Positions 38,956 through 52,330 of a DNA stretch of 64,000 nucleotides are shown here, one piece after another. The notes beneath the pieces are model-generated. The model was not told where the DNA came from, did no database searches, and worked only from the letters and a program-made list of their open reading frames with translations. Source of the DNA: the human T2T-CHM13v2.0 reference genome, Homo sapiens. A program made the position numbers and the translations under genes. The number at the start of each line of letters is the position of its first letter. Position 1 is the first letter of the stretch. The DNA lies in assembly GCF_009914755.1 (NCBI RefSeq), contig NC_060925.1. The stretch is one strand, 5' to 3'.

Positions 38956-39899
38956 AAAGGCTGAGCAGGGGTCACCTGTCTTGCCTCCTCCTTCAAGATG
39001 TGACTTTCCATTCCATGGAGTCACTCTGGCTAATTCTTTGGTTTCATTGTCTCCTTAAAAATCTCTCCAAAATATTCAGGCTGAAAGTGCTTTGATGTAC
39101 CAAGTTTATAGTACACACTCAGACCTTTTTTTAAAAAAATTCACTTTCATCTAACTTTTTGTATTAAAAAATCCTATAATCCCATAACCCACCACCTAGA
39201 GGCAGCGTGTTCATTGAGGTTGTTTGCTGTACTTCACATGTGTTTATTAAGACTGCAGTGAAATGGCTGTAAGTGGTAGCTGCTTGTCTGGCAGAGGAAG
39301 AGCATCCCTCTGGCCCCATCAGGGATGCTCTGGCACAACAGGTAGGATCTTCATCATTGCCCTCCCCATTCAAAGCCACCATGGCCCCCTTTGCCTGAAG
39401 ACTGAGGTCTCAGCTCCTCCTCCACAGGGCTCTTGAAGTTCTGCCACACTGGGCTCAACCCCTCCCAGTGCTCCCTCCCTTTTGCACCCTTAGAAACCTT
39501 TGCTCCAGCCAGACTTGTCTCCTCATTATCCTTCCAATATCTGCGTCTGCAGCTTTCTCCCTTAGAAACCTCATTATTTCCACAGCTTCAATTCCCCCAC
39601 CCCCACCCCATTCTTTGTTTCCAGACCTCAGCTACAGCTCAAATTTCAAATTGCCTGTTGGCATCTCTTTCTGTGAGCCCTGCCAGCAACTCAAACTCAG
39701 CATGGCCAGAGCCTGCCTTTATTTTCTCTCCCCAAATTGTCCTCCTCTTTCCTCCCCACATTTCTATTAGGAGTCCCATCATTCTCACTGACACCCAAGT
39801 TGGAAATTTCAGAGTCTGATTAGCTTTTCTTTTTCTTTTGCCACCACATCTAGTGAGTCACCACATTCTATCAGTTCATCCTAATGATAGCTGTGGGTA

Positions 39900-40264
39900 T
39901 GTTATTAGTCCATTTTCATACTGCTATTAAGAAATACTTGAGACTGGGTAATTTATAAGGAAAAATAAGTTTAATCGACTCAGAGTTCCACATGGCTGGG
40001 GAGGCCTGACAATCATGGTGGAAGGTGAAGGAGGAGCAAATGTACGTCTTACATGGTGGCAGGCAAGAGAACATGCATAGTGGAACTGCCCTTTATAAAA
40101 TCATCAGATCTCTTGAGACTTAATCATTATCACAAGAACAGCAAGGGCAAAACCTGTCCCCGTGTTTCAATTACCTCCCACTGGGCCTCTCTCACAACAT
40201 GTGGGGATTATGGGAGCTACAGTTCAAGATGAGATTTGGGTGAGAACACAGCCAAACTATATCA
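39900..40264 (-). mobile_element. THE1B solo LTR
   Basis: 'tattagtccattttcatactgct...gaggcctgacaatcatggtggaagg...cacagccaaactatatca'; ggta flanks on both sides. Confidence 0.9.
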
Positions 40265-40306
40265 GGTATATTGACTAATCACAGACCCACTATGTGTCAA
40301 GTAGCA

Positions 40307-40854
40307 TAGTAAGTCCTCACCTAATGTCATCCATAGTTTCTTTTTTTTTCTCTCTCTTTTTTTATTATAAGTTCTAGGGTACATGTGTAGAACGTGCAGT
40401 TTTGTTACATAGGTATGCACGTGCCATGGTGGTTTGCTGCACCCATCAACCTGTCACCTACATTAGGTATTTCTCCTAATGTTAACCCTCCCCTAGCCTC
40501 TCCACTCCCAAACAGGCCCTGGTGTGTGATGTTCCCTTCCCTATGTCCATGTGTTCTCATTGTTCAGATCCCACTTATAAGAGAACATGTGGTGTTTGGT
40601 TTTCTGTTCTTGTGATAGTTTGCTGAGAATGATGGTTTCCAGCTTCATCCATGTCCCTACAAAGGACATGAACTCATCCTTTTTGTGGCTGCATAGGATT
40701 CCATGTGACTGTGAAACAAAGTATAAAAACCAATTATTTTTCTTATCAAGATTATAAGGAAAGAAAGGTGAATGTGAGACATTATTCAAGGACCTGCTGT
40801 TTTGCTTCAAGTCACAGTTCCTAAGAACCTATTGATAACATTGAGGATTTAGTG
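40307..40854. mobile_element. MER82 (Tigger) relic, internally deleted and interrupted by L1
   Basis: TIR 'tagtaagtcctcacctaatgtcatccatag' on the left and 'aagaacctattgataacattgaggatttagtg' plus TA on the right. Confidence 0.7.
40341..40705 (-). mobile_element. L1PA6/7-type 3' end, 5'-truncated
   Basis: 'ttctagggtacatgtgtagaacgtgcag...cacctacattaggtatttctcctaatg'; ORF2 tail DEFMSFVGTWMKLETIILSKL. Confidence 0.9.
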
Positions 40855-40889
40855 TATTGTCCACAATCTCCAAAATGAGGCTGTATGAT

Positions 40890-41305
40890 GCTTAGGGTAC
40901 AAGTGAAGCTGGGGTAATACAGGGACCCAGGTATTCAGTGGCCTAACTTAAGCAGGTGTTTATTCCTCTCTTCTGTAATAGTCCAGAGGCAATAGTTCAG
41001 GGAGAGCAGGACTCTTGTCCTTTTAGGGCAGCTAGGAATCCAGGCTAGTAGGTCAGTCTGTTGTCTGCATTGTGTCTTTCTGAGACCACTCCAGTTGTTT
41101 CTATTTTCCAGCCTGCAGAAATAATTAGGCTGGGAAATTAGCAAGTAGCTGAGCCTGTCTTTGGGAGTGACTTGAAAGTCACACACATCACTTCTGCATG
41201 TGTCGCCCTGGTCTGAACTTAGTCTCATGACCACATCTAGCTCCAAACAAAGCTGGGAAATGTAGCTTCTAGCTGGCTACAGTTAGAGAACTTAAGTTCT
41301 CTAAC
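40890..41305 (-). mobile_element. MLT1J-like LTR
   Basis: 'cacacatcacttctgc...gaacttagtctcatgaccacatctagct...gctgggaaatgtag'. Confidence 0.65.
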
Positions 41306-41903
41306 TCTATAACCCAAGTGCCTTCACCCTGTCACAGGCCCCCCATGACCTAGCCGTTGCCTCTGTTGGTCGCTGCCTCCATGACCTGGTCTCTGCCTCA
41401 CTCCAGCCTTCTCTCTCTCTCTGTTCCTTCTCTTGCACTGACTTGTTGTGGTTGGCCTGGGTACCTCCAGGCTTGGGCACATACCTGGAATGGTTTGTCT
41501 CCACAACCTGCTGGGTAACAGCTGTTTGTACTTCATGACAGCTTGGGTGGTTTCTTCTCCAAGAGGCCTTCCCTGACCTTCTCTTCTCCTCACTAGATTA
41601 GGGGATTCTTCCAGGTTCTCAGGTGTTGCATTCCTCTATCATAGTACTTCGAAAATTATTATGTATGAAATACTTGTAAGCTTGGTTTCCCTGCTAGCAT
41701 ACACATTCCATGAAGAAGGTCCACAGCTTTCATCTCAGTGCCTCCAGCACACAGCACAGAATAAGAAAAAACACTAGGGTCCCCTTAAGACTGCAAACAC
41801 CTTGAGGATTGGCCCATGATAGTTTTATTCATTCTTCCTTTCATTCAATGAACACAGACATAACTCTCATACTCAGCAGATCAGACTCAATGCTTTGGCT
41901 GGT

Positions 41904-42605
<702 letters not shown>

Positions 42606-42699
42606 CTGGCATAAATTGTGTGGGGCAAAGACGGAAGAACAGAATATGACCAGGAAGGGTAGAGAAATGTTCATGGGGAATGTTTGCAGAAGTCCTCAG

Positions 42700-42830
42700 G
42701 ACTATGAGGTCCTCAAGGGAACAACTGTAGCTCATTCCTCTCTGTATTCCTTGTGCCTAAAGCAGAGTGTGGCTTGCAGCAGATGCTCATAAGATAGCCC
42801 CAAATAAACAAATAAGCCAATGAATGAAGC
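42700..42830 (+). mobile_element. L2 3' end
   Basis: 'gactatgaggtcctcaagg...ctctgtattcc...gcagatgctca'. Confidence 0.6.
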
Positions 42831-43179
42831 AGCATTTGGTCTAATAATGCTGCTATTTGGATGGCATAACTGCTAGCAGGATTATAGCTCTGTTTTTTCG
42901 GGCTTTCTTCTTTCCTTCAGGGTCAGAGAGCAAGGCTCCACGTTTCTCATTTGCCTCCAACAATGGCCATCAGGATCAAAACTTTCCAACCCAATTAAAC
43001 ATTTGGGTGGTTGGGACCCACCCAAGGAAAACAAGCATGTGCTCAATCAAATCTTTTATTTGGAAAATGTTTTTCAGCTGAGAGACCTGGGCCCCTTGTC
43101 ATGCCTGGCTCTTAGATCCTGTTGTTACAAGCCAGAGTGGAAATTTAGGAAAAAAGAACAACTTAGATTTAAGCATGAT

Positions 43180-43940
43180 AATCCCTCAAATCTGTTAAAT
43201 TCTTTACAGTTTTTACAGAAGGCTTTCACTTAAATGATCTGCTTTGACCCTCCCAACGACTCTGTCAAGAGGGTAACAGAAAGAGAATAAGCATGGAGGG
43301 CCAGATTTAAGTTCTAATCCTCACTGTGCTACTTCCTGGTGGTGAGCACTTGGGCAGATTGATTTTCTTAAGATCTGATTTTCTCATTTGTGCAATGGAG
43401 ACAATAATACCAATGTCTCTGGGTTGCTTTGAAGATGAGTTGATACCAGGTATCAGAAAAAGCCTGGCATGTTCTGGCCACTCAGAAAATAGAGTAAAAG
43501 CTTAAACTAAGAATTTGAATCATTGTCTTCCCTCACTTTCCCTTTTCCTTTGTAAAATGAAGAAAACATAGTAAATACTTCATAGAATTGAGGCAATTAA
43601 ATGAACAACACATGTACATGCTAAGTGCTCAGGAAAAGGTTAGTAGTCACAGTTACTTGTTTCAAACTCATAACTTAAAAAAAAACCTACACACTTAATA
43701 GCTTCCTTCTGCCTGTTTCGAACTTCAACCTTCGATTTTGAAAAAAATCTTGTAACTTTCTGTTGTAGGAGAAATAGGCAGATGCATGGAAACCACACCA
43801 AACTGGGCATTAAGAGCCTGGGCTTAGGTCTATTTTTTACACTTGCTTGCTGTGAGACCTTAGGTAAGTCACTTATCACTGCAATAAGCAGATTGGACCA
43901 GATTAACGCTCCTTATAGCCCCCAAGAATCTATATGGTTA
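43180..43940. mobile_element. Cluster of MIR/MIR3 fragments
   Basis: Several MIR cores, e.g. 'cttgggcagatt...ttttctcatttgtgcaatggagacaataata' and 'tgtgagaccttaggtaagtcactt'. Confidence 0.6.
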
Positions 43941-45036
43941 GTCCACAAATCTTTTGCCCAAATCCAGTAAGAAACCTTAGCACCTTAAAGGAAAACTTAA
44001 TTGAAAATTTTCTGATTTACGTATACTTAACCAAACAAAACCCTACTTTTTAAGAGTCCTTTGATGTTTAAGCTCCCTTAAGGAGTCTTTTTTTGTTTTA
44101 AGGGACATTTTAAAGCTTTTCTTCTTAGAAACAGGAAATCAGATTTTGGCATGGGAAAAGAAATTCGAACACACCAAGACTTGGGGGGTGGGAGCAGTTG
44201 GTTTGCTTTCAAACAGGATTCTAGAGGGTTCCCAAGATTGGCAAGAGGTGGCCCAGGCCACCCTGACTCAGCCTCCCAAGGGTTTGCCAACTCAAAAGGC
44301 GGTGTGGACGTCTGGGGCGGTGGCAAGGGAAGTGAGCCTGAAGCATTTCCTTGGCCTTTTCGGACTTGTTGAATGTTTTCTTTTTGCCCTCAGTCCCATG
44401 TCTTACTTCTTAGTCTCTTTTGTGATATTTGGCAATCCAAATTGCCAAATACCTTAAGTGATCTCTAAGGAAAATATTTTTCACTAGATGATTGCTTTTT
44501 CCTTCCAGAAAAAGAGAAAGAAAAGAGAAGAAAAACAGACAAATACACAAATACGTGTGGCAGAGTGAGTTCCAGTTACCACTTTGAAAAGCTCTTAAGC
44601 ATTCTGTCAAGCCAAATGATTTCACAAAGTTTAAGCAGTCATCAAACAGGCAACTGGGGTGGGGGAAGAAGATCCCAGCTCGAACTTCCAGCAGCCAAGT
44701 GACTCAAAACAGTCCCCTTCACCCCTCTGAGCTTCAGTTTCTTATTTAGGAGGTGGAGAAATGAGGACTGTTCCACCGGGGTGGCTGATAAGGTCATGTG
44801 TGATCAGGGATAGTCTGAGGCCCCAGTAGATGCTCAACGAATGCCCCCTTTCTTGATCTGGATGGGCAGTGCTTTTGTTGACTGACCAGTCTGTCCTTTG
44901 TCCTCCTGCAAATGACTGATGTGGATGCTGCAGGCTTAGAGAGGTGGTGTGCCATGGAAGGTGGAATGCTGGGCGGGGGGCCAGATGACCTTGCTGCAGC
45001 TGCTGCTTCTTCTCCCTCTCCTTCTCCTTCTTCTCC

Positions 45037-45795
45037 CTTTTAAATTGTGATGAAAACAAAACCCACATAATAAGCTAACCCTCCTATCAAGTTTTAGGCC
45101 TACAGTTCAGTAGTGCTAACTCTATTCACATAATTGTGTAACAGATTTCTAGAACTTTCTATCTCGCAAAACTCAAATTCTGTACCCATTAACAACTCCC
45201 ATTCCTGTCTCCCCCACCCCCTGGTAACTGCCATTCTACTTTGTATCGCTATGATTTTGTCTACCCTAGCTATCTCATATAAGTGAAACCACACAGTATT
45301 AATCTTTTTGTGACTGATTTATTTTCCTTAGTGTAATATCCTTAAAGTTCACCTGTGTTGTAGCATGTCAGAATTTCATTCCTTTTTAAGGATGAGTAAT
45401 ATTCAATTGTATGTATATTCTACATTTTCTTTATCCATTCATCTGTTGATGGACATTTGGGTTGCTGTCACCTTTTGGCTATTTGTGAATAATGCTGCAA
45501 TGAACATGGATGTGCAAATATCTCTGGGAGATGCCACTTTCAATTCTTTTGGGTATATACCGAGAAGTAAAATTGCTGGATCATATGGTAGCTCTATTTT
45601 TGTTTTTTTGAGGAACCTCTGTACTGTTTTCCAAAGCAGTTACAGCATTTTCCATTCCCACCAGCAATGCACAAGAGTTCTAATTTCTCCACATCCTTAC
45701 CATCTTCTGTTATTTTCTATTTTATTTATTTTTTGGCAGGGGATAATGGGCATCCTAATGGGTGTGAGGTGATATCTCATTATGGTTTGGATTTG
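45037..45795 (-). mobile_element. L1MB (MB2/3-like) 3' region
   Basis: 'tacagttcagtagtgctaa...ctgtacccattaacaactcccattcc...catcctaatgggtgtgaggtgatatctcatt'. Confidence 0.85.
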
Positions 45796-45913
45796 AAGAT
45801 GGTTTAGCTTCTAATGTACTGTTGTCACCTCTTTCACTTGATGGCCCTGTGACCTTAAGCTCTTTCTAGTATGATGACCAGGATGCAAGCTATGAACAGA
45901 CAAGCTTCCCAGG

Positions 45914-46392
45914 TGTATCTGTGTTTTAGGGCTGTACCTAAAACACACTAACAAAGTACCACAAACCGGGTGGCTTAAAACAATAGTTATTTATTGTCAC
46001 ACAGTTCTGTAGGCCAGAAGTCCATGATCAAGCTGTTGGCAGAGTTGGTTCCTTCTGAGGCCCTTGAGGAAGACTCTCTTCCATGCCTCTCCCTTACTTC
46101 TGATGGTTTGCTGGCAACCTTCAGGATTTCTTGGCTCATAGATGTGTCACCTTGATCTTTGCCTTCATGTCACATGGTGTCCTCTCTCCGTGTGTGTGTT
46201 CACGTATCCAAATTTCCCCTTTCAATAAGGATGCCAGTCATATTGGGCTGGTGGTAGAGGCCTCCTCTAATGACCTCATTTTAACTTGATTCTCTCTGTA
46301 AAAAGCCTATTTCCAAATAAGGGCACATTCTGAGGTACTGGGGGTTGGAATTTCAATATGCCATTTTGGGGGATATAATTCAACCCACAACA
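45914..46392 (-). mobile_element. MLT1C LTR
   Basis: TG...CA termini with a perfect 5-bp TSD ccagg (45909-45913 / 46393-46397). Confidence 0.9.
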
Positions 46393-47040
46393 CCAGGCAT
46401 GTCCTAGCTTGCACCCAGGGGTTATTTGAAACATTGATAAGTGCAAGAGAGAGTGTGATAAGAAACTGGAAGCACAGATGATGAGGACCTCAGCTGGGGA
46501 AGTCATATTCCTTCAACTCTTCCTAGAAGCCAGCAAGATAAAAGATATCCCTGAGCCAAACAAATGCTTGTATCTGGGAATAAGAGTAAGGTCCTGAGAA
46601 AAATATAAGGGTTGGAGTAGCTGTTATCCTCCCAGTCAGTGCTTTTGGGTGAGTTGGTCTGACTTAGAGGCACAGGTTGGTCTATAGCAGCGGGCTCTTT
46701 GTTAGTCGAGATCAGCTTCTCAGGAATGAAATCAGAAGTAAGTGTTGGGGTGTCACAAGTCTATTCTTAGCTTCCACTTACCAGCTAGTGCAGCCTGGAA
46801 GGTGGACATGGACTGTGTGTTACAGAGTTTAGGGCAGGATCAGAAATGCCAAGAACTTGGCTGAAGGCCTGATCTTTATTGGATGCAGAGCCCTTGTGAT
46901 GGCCTGAGTTGCTCAGTATTGGTTGCTTTCCCAGTGTTTGAAGGACAATCTTGGTCTAGTGTTCATTTGGTCCAATGGTCTATTCCTATGACATCATACT
47001 GCCTAATTCCAGTTATGAATATAAGATATGAAGTGGATGC

Positions 47041-47447
47041 TGTAATGTGCCACCAAGATCCCTCTTCAGGGATAAATGACATTCCAGTGCCTGAAAATGC
47101 TTCTGGCCTTCTCTGGAAATCGTCTTGTGCTGGAGGGAGTTGCCTTAACCCAACACCATGCTCCCTTTCTGGGGCAACCTGCATCCAATGACTGCTTAAT
47201 GCAGAAAGCCCATAACCTTTTCTGGAAAGTGGGTAAATCTGACAGGCCTTTCCAAATCCTGAGCTCCTGGTGGGGTTAGCTGAAACTGCTGTGGAAGCCT
47301 TTGCTGCAGCCTGGTTTTTCCCTTTGCCCCATCCTTTGTCCTTCCTTTCTCTCCACAGGTATAGAACTTGAAAGAATGACCTATGAAGTGTCCTACATGC
47401 TAATTTCCATCTCAAAGCCCACTTACCAAGGAACCCAAACTGCAACA
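47041..47447 (+). mobile_element. LTR16-family ERVL LTR
   Basis: 'ctggggcaacctgcatccaatgactg...tcctacatgctaatttccatctca...aggaacccaaactgcaaca'. Confidence 0.7.
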
Positions 47448-49094
47448 TACTATCTTTCTGAACTTGAAGGTGAACTTTCCAACTCCACAGAGAAAAGTCC
47501 TGGAAAAAGAAATGAATGTAACTGGCATATGGTTGTAGTCAGAATATGTTTCTCTCATAAATTAAATAGCGAATGGACAGATCCAAGCTCCAACTTTCAA
47601 AGATGCACAAGACTAGAGAACATCTTTTTGGCTTTGATTCAAAATCATGAGCATGTGAAAGGAATAGTATATACAGTGAAAAAAAAACCTATAACTGTAT
47701 ATTTGTTTTAAATATTTTCTTAATCGGGGAAATCGTTTTCACCAAAAGCATGCACACACAGGATTGCCACATCTGACCAGTGTGAAAAGCAGAGCTTCAG
47801 ATGATGTTTTCTGTCCAGCCTGTGGCCATGCACAAAGAGATGGGTGTTCTTTGGTTCTGATTCTGTGTAAATGCATCCCATCTGGTGTGAACTGTTCAGC
47901 ACCTGCCAGAACCACTTTCTAAGAAAGGAGGAATTTCAGAGGGGCTTTTGCAAAGTCAGCAAGTAAACCTTTCAGCAGTTTGGAAGATGTTTTGGCAGGG
48001 CTGGGGGTGTGGGGCCCTAGTTACTGACTAGAGGTGGGAATGTGATTAGAAAGTTTCTACCTGCAGAGCTGAGCAAATAGACATACACTAATCTTTATTT
48101 ACATCAAGATGAAATGGTTCTTAAGTGCCTCTTACTTTAAATGCAATGCCAGGACACAGGCCTATGTGCTCCTAGGGTAAGAACACCACTAATATTTCTA
48201 GATGTTCATAGGCTGAAGTCAGACCCCATGAAATCACAGATCCCTCAGCTTGATGCCTTAATAGAACCTCAATTTTTGATAATGCCACTCGATGCTCAAA
48301 AGCAAAGCCTTCCCTGGCTATACACTGGCTCATGGTGTTCTCTTCAAGCTCTTCCATAACTGAGCCTGGAGGAAGACATTCATGCTGCCCACTAGTATTT
48401 CTGTCCTCCTTCTAGGAGCATGGAGTGATTGTCCTTCCATCTCCTTCAAATTAGGCAAGGCTATGTGATTTGATTTGGCCAGTATGAAGTGAATAGAAGT
48501 GTCATCGATTATTTCTGAGTGAACATGTTAAAAACTGAAGTCATTCTCCATGGTTCCTCTGGTTGATGTAAGAAGACTTTGATTGGAGTCTTGGTTTTGC
48601 TACTTATTAACTGTGTGATTTTAAGTTTCAGAGAGGCTATTAACTTACTCAGTTTTCACCTTTAGAGACCAGAAACAAAATAATATTTTTCATACACAGT
48701 GGTTATTTCATTTGCTCCCACCATCCCAATATGTCAACCACATTAGAACCCTTACTTTTGCCTGGAGATGCCCTGCATTTTACACAACCAATATTTCCTG
48801 AATTCTTTGTTTTAAACATGAGTTTTTGATGAATTACAATACCATAGGACAAATTATTAGGACCCTGTCAGAAAGCAGCCTGGAGTTTATATACGTCAAA
48901 GAAGCTGATTTTGGCTTGTAAACTGAAAAAAGTAAGCATTCCTGAAAGTCAGAAAGATGAATGGATTAAAAGTATGAAAATAGGAAAATAAATGCCTTAA
49001 AACCAAGCTCTCTTACATGTATAGAATGCTAATATTTAATGAAAAGAAAACACTTCAGTGGTTTTTACTTTCAATACGTTAATAGAATGCTTGA

Positions 49095-49660
49095 TTTAGT
49101 CATTCATTAAAAAATATTTACCAAGTTACTACCATGTGCCGGGGAGTGCATGAGGCACTGGGGATAAAGCAATGAACATGACAGGGAAGGTCCCTATCTT
49201 TAAAGTATTTGTGTTTTAGGAAAGAGAGATAGATAGTAAACAAGTAGGTAACAAATACACATGCTGCTTTCAGGTGATGAAAACTATTATGGAGGAAGTA
49301 GACCCTGACTGCCAGAGAGGAATGGTGCCGTCCTACCTACTCGGTCTGGGTCATCAGGAAGACCTCTTGCAGGAGTGATGGGTTTGTTGAGCCCTGAAGT
49401 TGAAGACCAGCCAAGGGAATGTCCTGGGGACGAGGGAAAAGCAAGTGAAAGCCTTTGGCGTGGGAAAGGGCTTGGAGGGATGAGAAGGGAGGCCATTGGG
49501 ACTGAGGCAGCAGAGGAGAGAGGGAGGAGAGAATGTGTAGAATAAGATGAGAGGGTGGGTGGTTGGATGTGGCCCAGAGTATGCAGGACCTTGAGGCTGC
49601 AATAAGAGGTTAGAACATGATTCAAATTGCAATGCGATGATGTGAAACCATTGTAGGCTT
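49095..49660 (-). mobile_element. L2a 3' region
   Basis: 'cattcattaaaaaatatttaccaag...ccatgtgcc...aggcactggggataaagcaatgaaca'. Confidence 0.8.
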
Positions 49661-49929
49661 TCTTTTTTCTGTTTTTAAAAATTGAGGTGTAACTCACACT
49701 TAGCAAACTGCATATATTTAAAGAATGTAATTGTATAAGTTTTGACATATGTATACCTACATGAAACCATTTCCACAATCAAGATCGTGGACATATTCAT
49801 CACCCTCAAAGCTTTTCTCATGCTACTTTATAACCCCTTCCTTGTAGCCTCCTTTTCTTGACTCCCCACCCATCCTAGGCTGCCACTGATCTGCTTCCTG
49901 CCACTATAAATTTGTTTAATATTTTAAAA

Positions 49930-52330
49930 ACTTTTAAAATTGGTAATAGTTTACATATTTTTGCTGTACACATGCTATCTTGATACCTCTATATACAATG
50001 TGTAGTCACCAAATCAGGGTAATTGGGATATTCATCACCTCAAACATTTTCTTTTCTTTGTGTTGGGAACATTACAATTCTTCTAGCTGTTTTGAAATAC
50101 ATTGGGAGGCTGAGATGGGTGGATCTCAATGTCAGGAGTTTGAGACTAGCCTGGCCAACATGGTGAAACCCTGTCTCTACTAAAAATACAAAAATTAGCC
50201 AGGCGTGGTAGTGTGTGCCTGTAATCCCAGCTACTCAGGAGGCTGAGGCAGGAGAATCGCTTGAACCCGGGAGGTGGAGGTTTCAGTGAGTCAAGATCGT
50301 GCCACTACACTCCAGCCTGGGTGACAGAGCGAGACTCCATCTCAAAAAAAAAAAAAAAAAAAGAAAGAAATATGTAAATATACAATAAATTATTGTTAAC
50401 TATAATTTTTCTACTATATTATTTAATACTAGAACTTGTTTCTTCTAACTGTAGTTTTGTACCTCTTAACCAACCTGTCTTCAATCTACCCTCCTGTCTT
50501 CCCATCCCTGGCTTGGTAACCACTATTTTACTCTCAACCTCTGTGAGATCTGCCCTTTTAGTGCCCACGTATGAGTGAGAACAGGCAATGTTTGTCTTTC
50601 TGTGCCTTCTTAATTCACTTACTCTAATGACCTCCAGTTACATCTATGTTGCTGCAAATGACAGGACTTCATTCCTTTTTATGGTTGAGTAATATTCTGT
50701 TGTGGATAATTACCACATTTTCTTTATTCCCTCATCATTGATGGGCACTTACATTGATTCCATATTGTGGCTATGGTGAATAGTGCTGCAATAAACATGA
50801 AAGTGCAGATATACTGATTGCCCTTTTTTTTTTTTGGGATAGATACCCAGCAGTGGGATGCTGGATCATATGGTAGTTCTATTTTTAGTTTTTTGAGAAA
50901 TATCTATACTGCTTTCCAAAATGGCTGTACTACTTTACGTTTCTACCAACAGTGTATGAGCATTCCCCTTTCTCTATATTCTTGACAACATTTGTTATTT
51001 TTCATCTTCTTGATAATACCCATTCTAACTGAGGTGAGATAGTATATCATTGTAGTTTTGATTTGCATTTCTCTGATGGTCAATTTCTCTGATGGTCAAT
51101 GATTTTGAACACTTTTTAATAAACCTTTTTGCCATTTGTATGCCTACTTTTGAGAAACATCTATTCAGGTCTTCTGCTCATTTTTAAATCAGATTTTTTT
51201 TTTTTTTGCTGTTGAATTGTTTGAGTTTCTTACATGTTCTGGTTATTAATCCATTGTCAGATGGGTAGTTTGCAAATATTTTCTCCTTTTTTGTAGGTTG
51301 CCTCTTCACGTTGTTGTTTGTTTTCTTTGCTGTGCAGAAACTTTTTAGGTTGATGTAATCCCATTTGTCTAATTTTGCTTTGGTCACCTGTGCTTTTGAG
51401 GTCTTTTTCAAAAAATCTTTGCCCAGACCAATGTCCTGTAATGTTTCCCCAATGTTTTCTTTTAGTAATTTCAGTTTTCAGTGGTTTCAGATCTTCCATT
51501 TAAATGCTTAATCCATGTTGAGTTGATTTTTGTATATGGTGAAAGATGGGGGTCTAGTTTCATTTTCTGCGTATTGATTCTTACCGTTTTCCCAACACTA
51601 TTTATTAAGAGACTGTCCTTTCCTCAGTGTATGTTCTTGGCAACTTTGTCAAAAATGAGTTGACTATTAAGTGCATGGATTTATTTCTGGGTTCTCTGTT
51701 CTGTTCCACTGATCTGTGTCTACTTTTATGCTAGTACCATGCTGTTTTGGTTACTATAGCTTGGTAGGATATTTTGAAATTAGGTAGTGTGATGCCTCCA
51801 GCTTTGTTCTTTTTGCTCAGGATTGTGTTAGCTAATTGGGGTCTTTTGTGGTTCCATACAAAATTTAGGATTATTTTTCTATTTCTGTGAAGAATGTTAT
51901 TTGTATTTTGATAGGAATTGCATTGAATCTTATAGATGTTTTGGGAAGTATAGATATTTTAACAATATTAATTCTTCCAATCTATGTGTATGGGATATCT
52001 TTGCTTTTTGTGTGTGCTCTCTTCAATTTTTTTATCAGTGTCTTATGTCTTCCTTATAGAGATTTTTCACTCCTTCGGTTAAATTTATTCCTAGGTATTT
52101 AATATTTTGTAGCTCTTATACGTGGGATTGTCTTCTTGATTTCTTTTTCAGATTGATCACTGTTAGTATGTATAAACACTATGGATTTTTGTGTGTTGAT
52201 TTTATATACTGCAACTTTACTGAATTTGTTTCTCAGTTCTGAGAGATTTTTGTGGAGTCTTTAGGTTTTTCTAAATATAAGATAATGTCATCGGCAAACA
52301 AGAATAATTTGACTTCTTCCTTTCCAATTT
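49930..52330 (-). mobile_element. L1MA4/5-type 5'-truncated L1
   Basis: 3'UTR 'caaatcagggtaattgggatattcatcacctcaaacattt'; ORF2 remnant [19 protein letters not shown] (51184-51411). Confidence 0.85.
50102..50366 (+). mobile_element. AluSg-like, missing about 35 nt at the 5' end
   Basis: 'tgggaggctgagatgggtggatc...gtcaggagtttgagactagcctggccaacatgg...gactccatctc' plus poly(A); flanks gaaatac/gaaatat. Confidence 0.92.

Noticed and set aside
39188-39208. CTCF-like 'ccacctagaggcagc'
   Set aside because: One base short in the core, so it aligns poorly to the CTCF consensus
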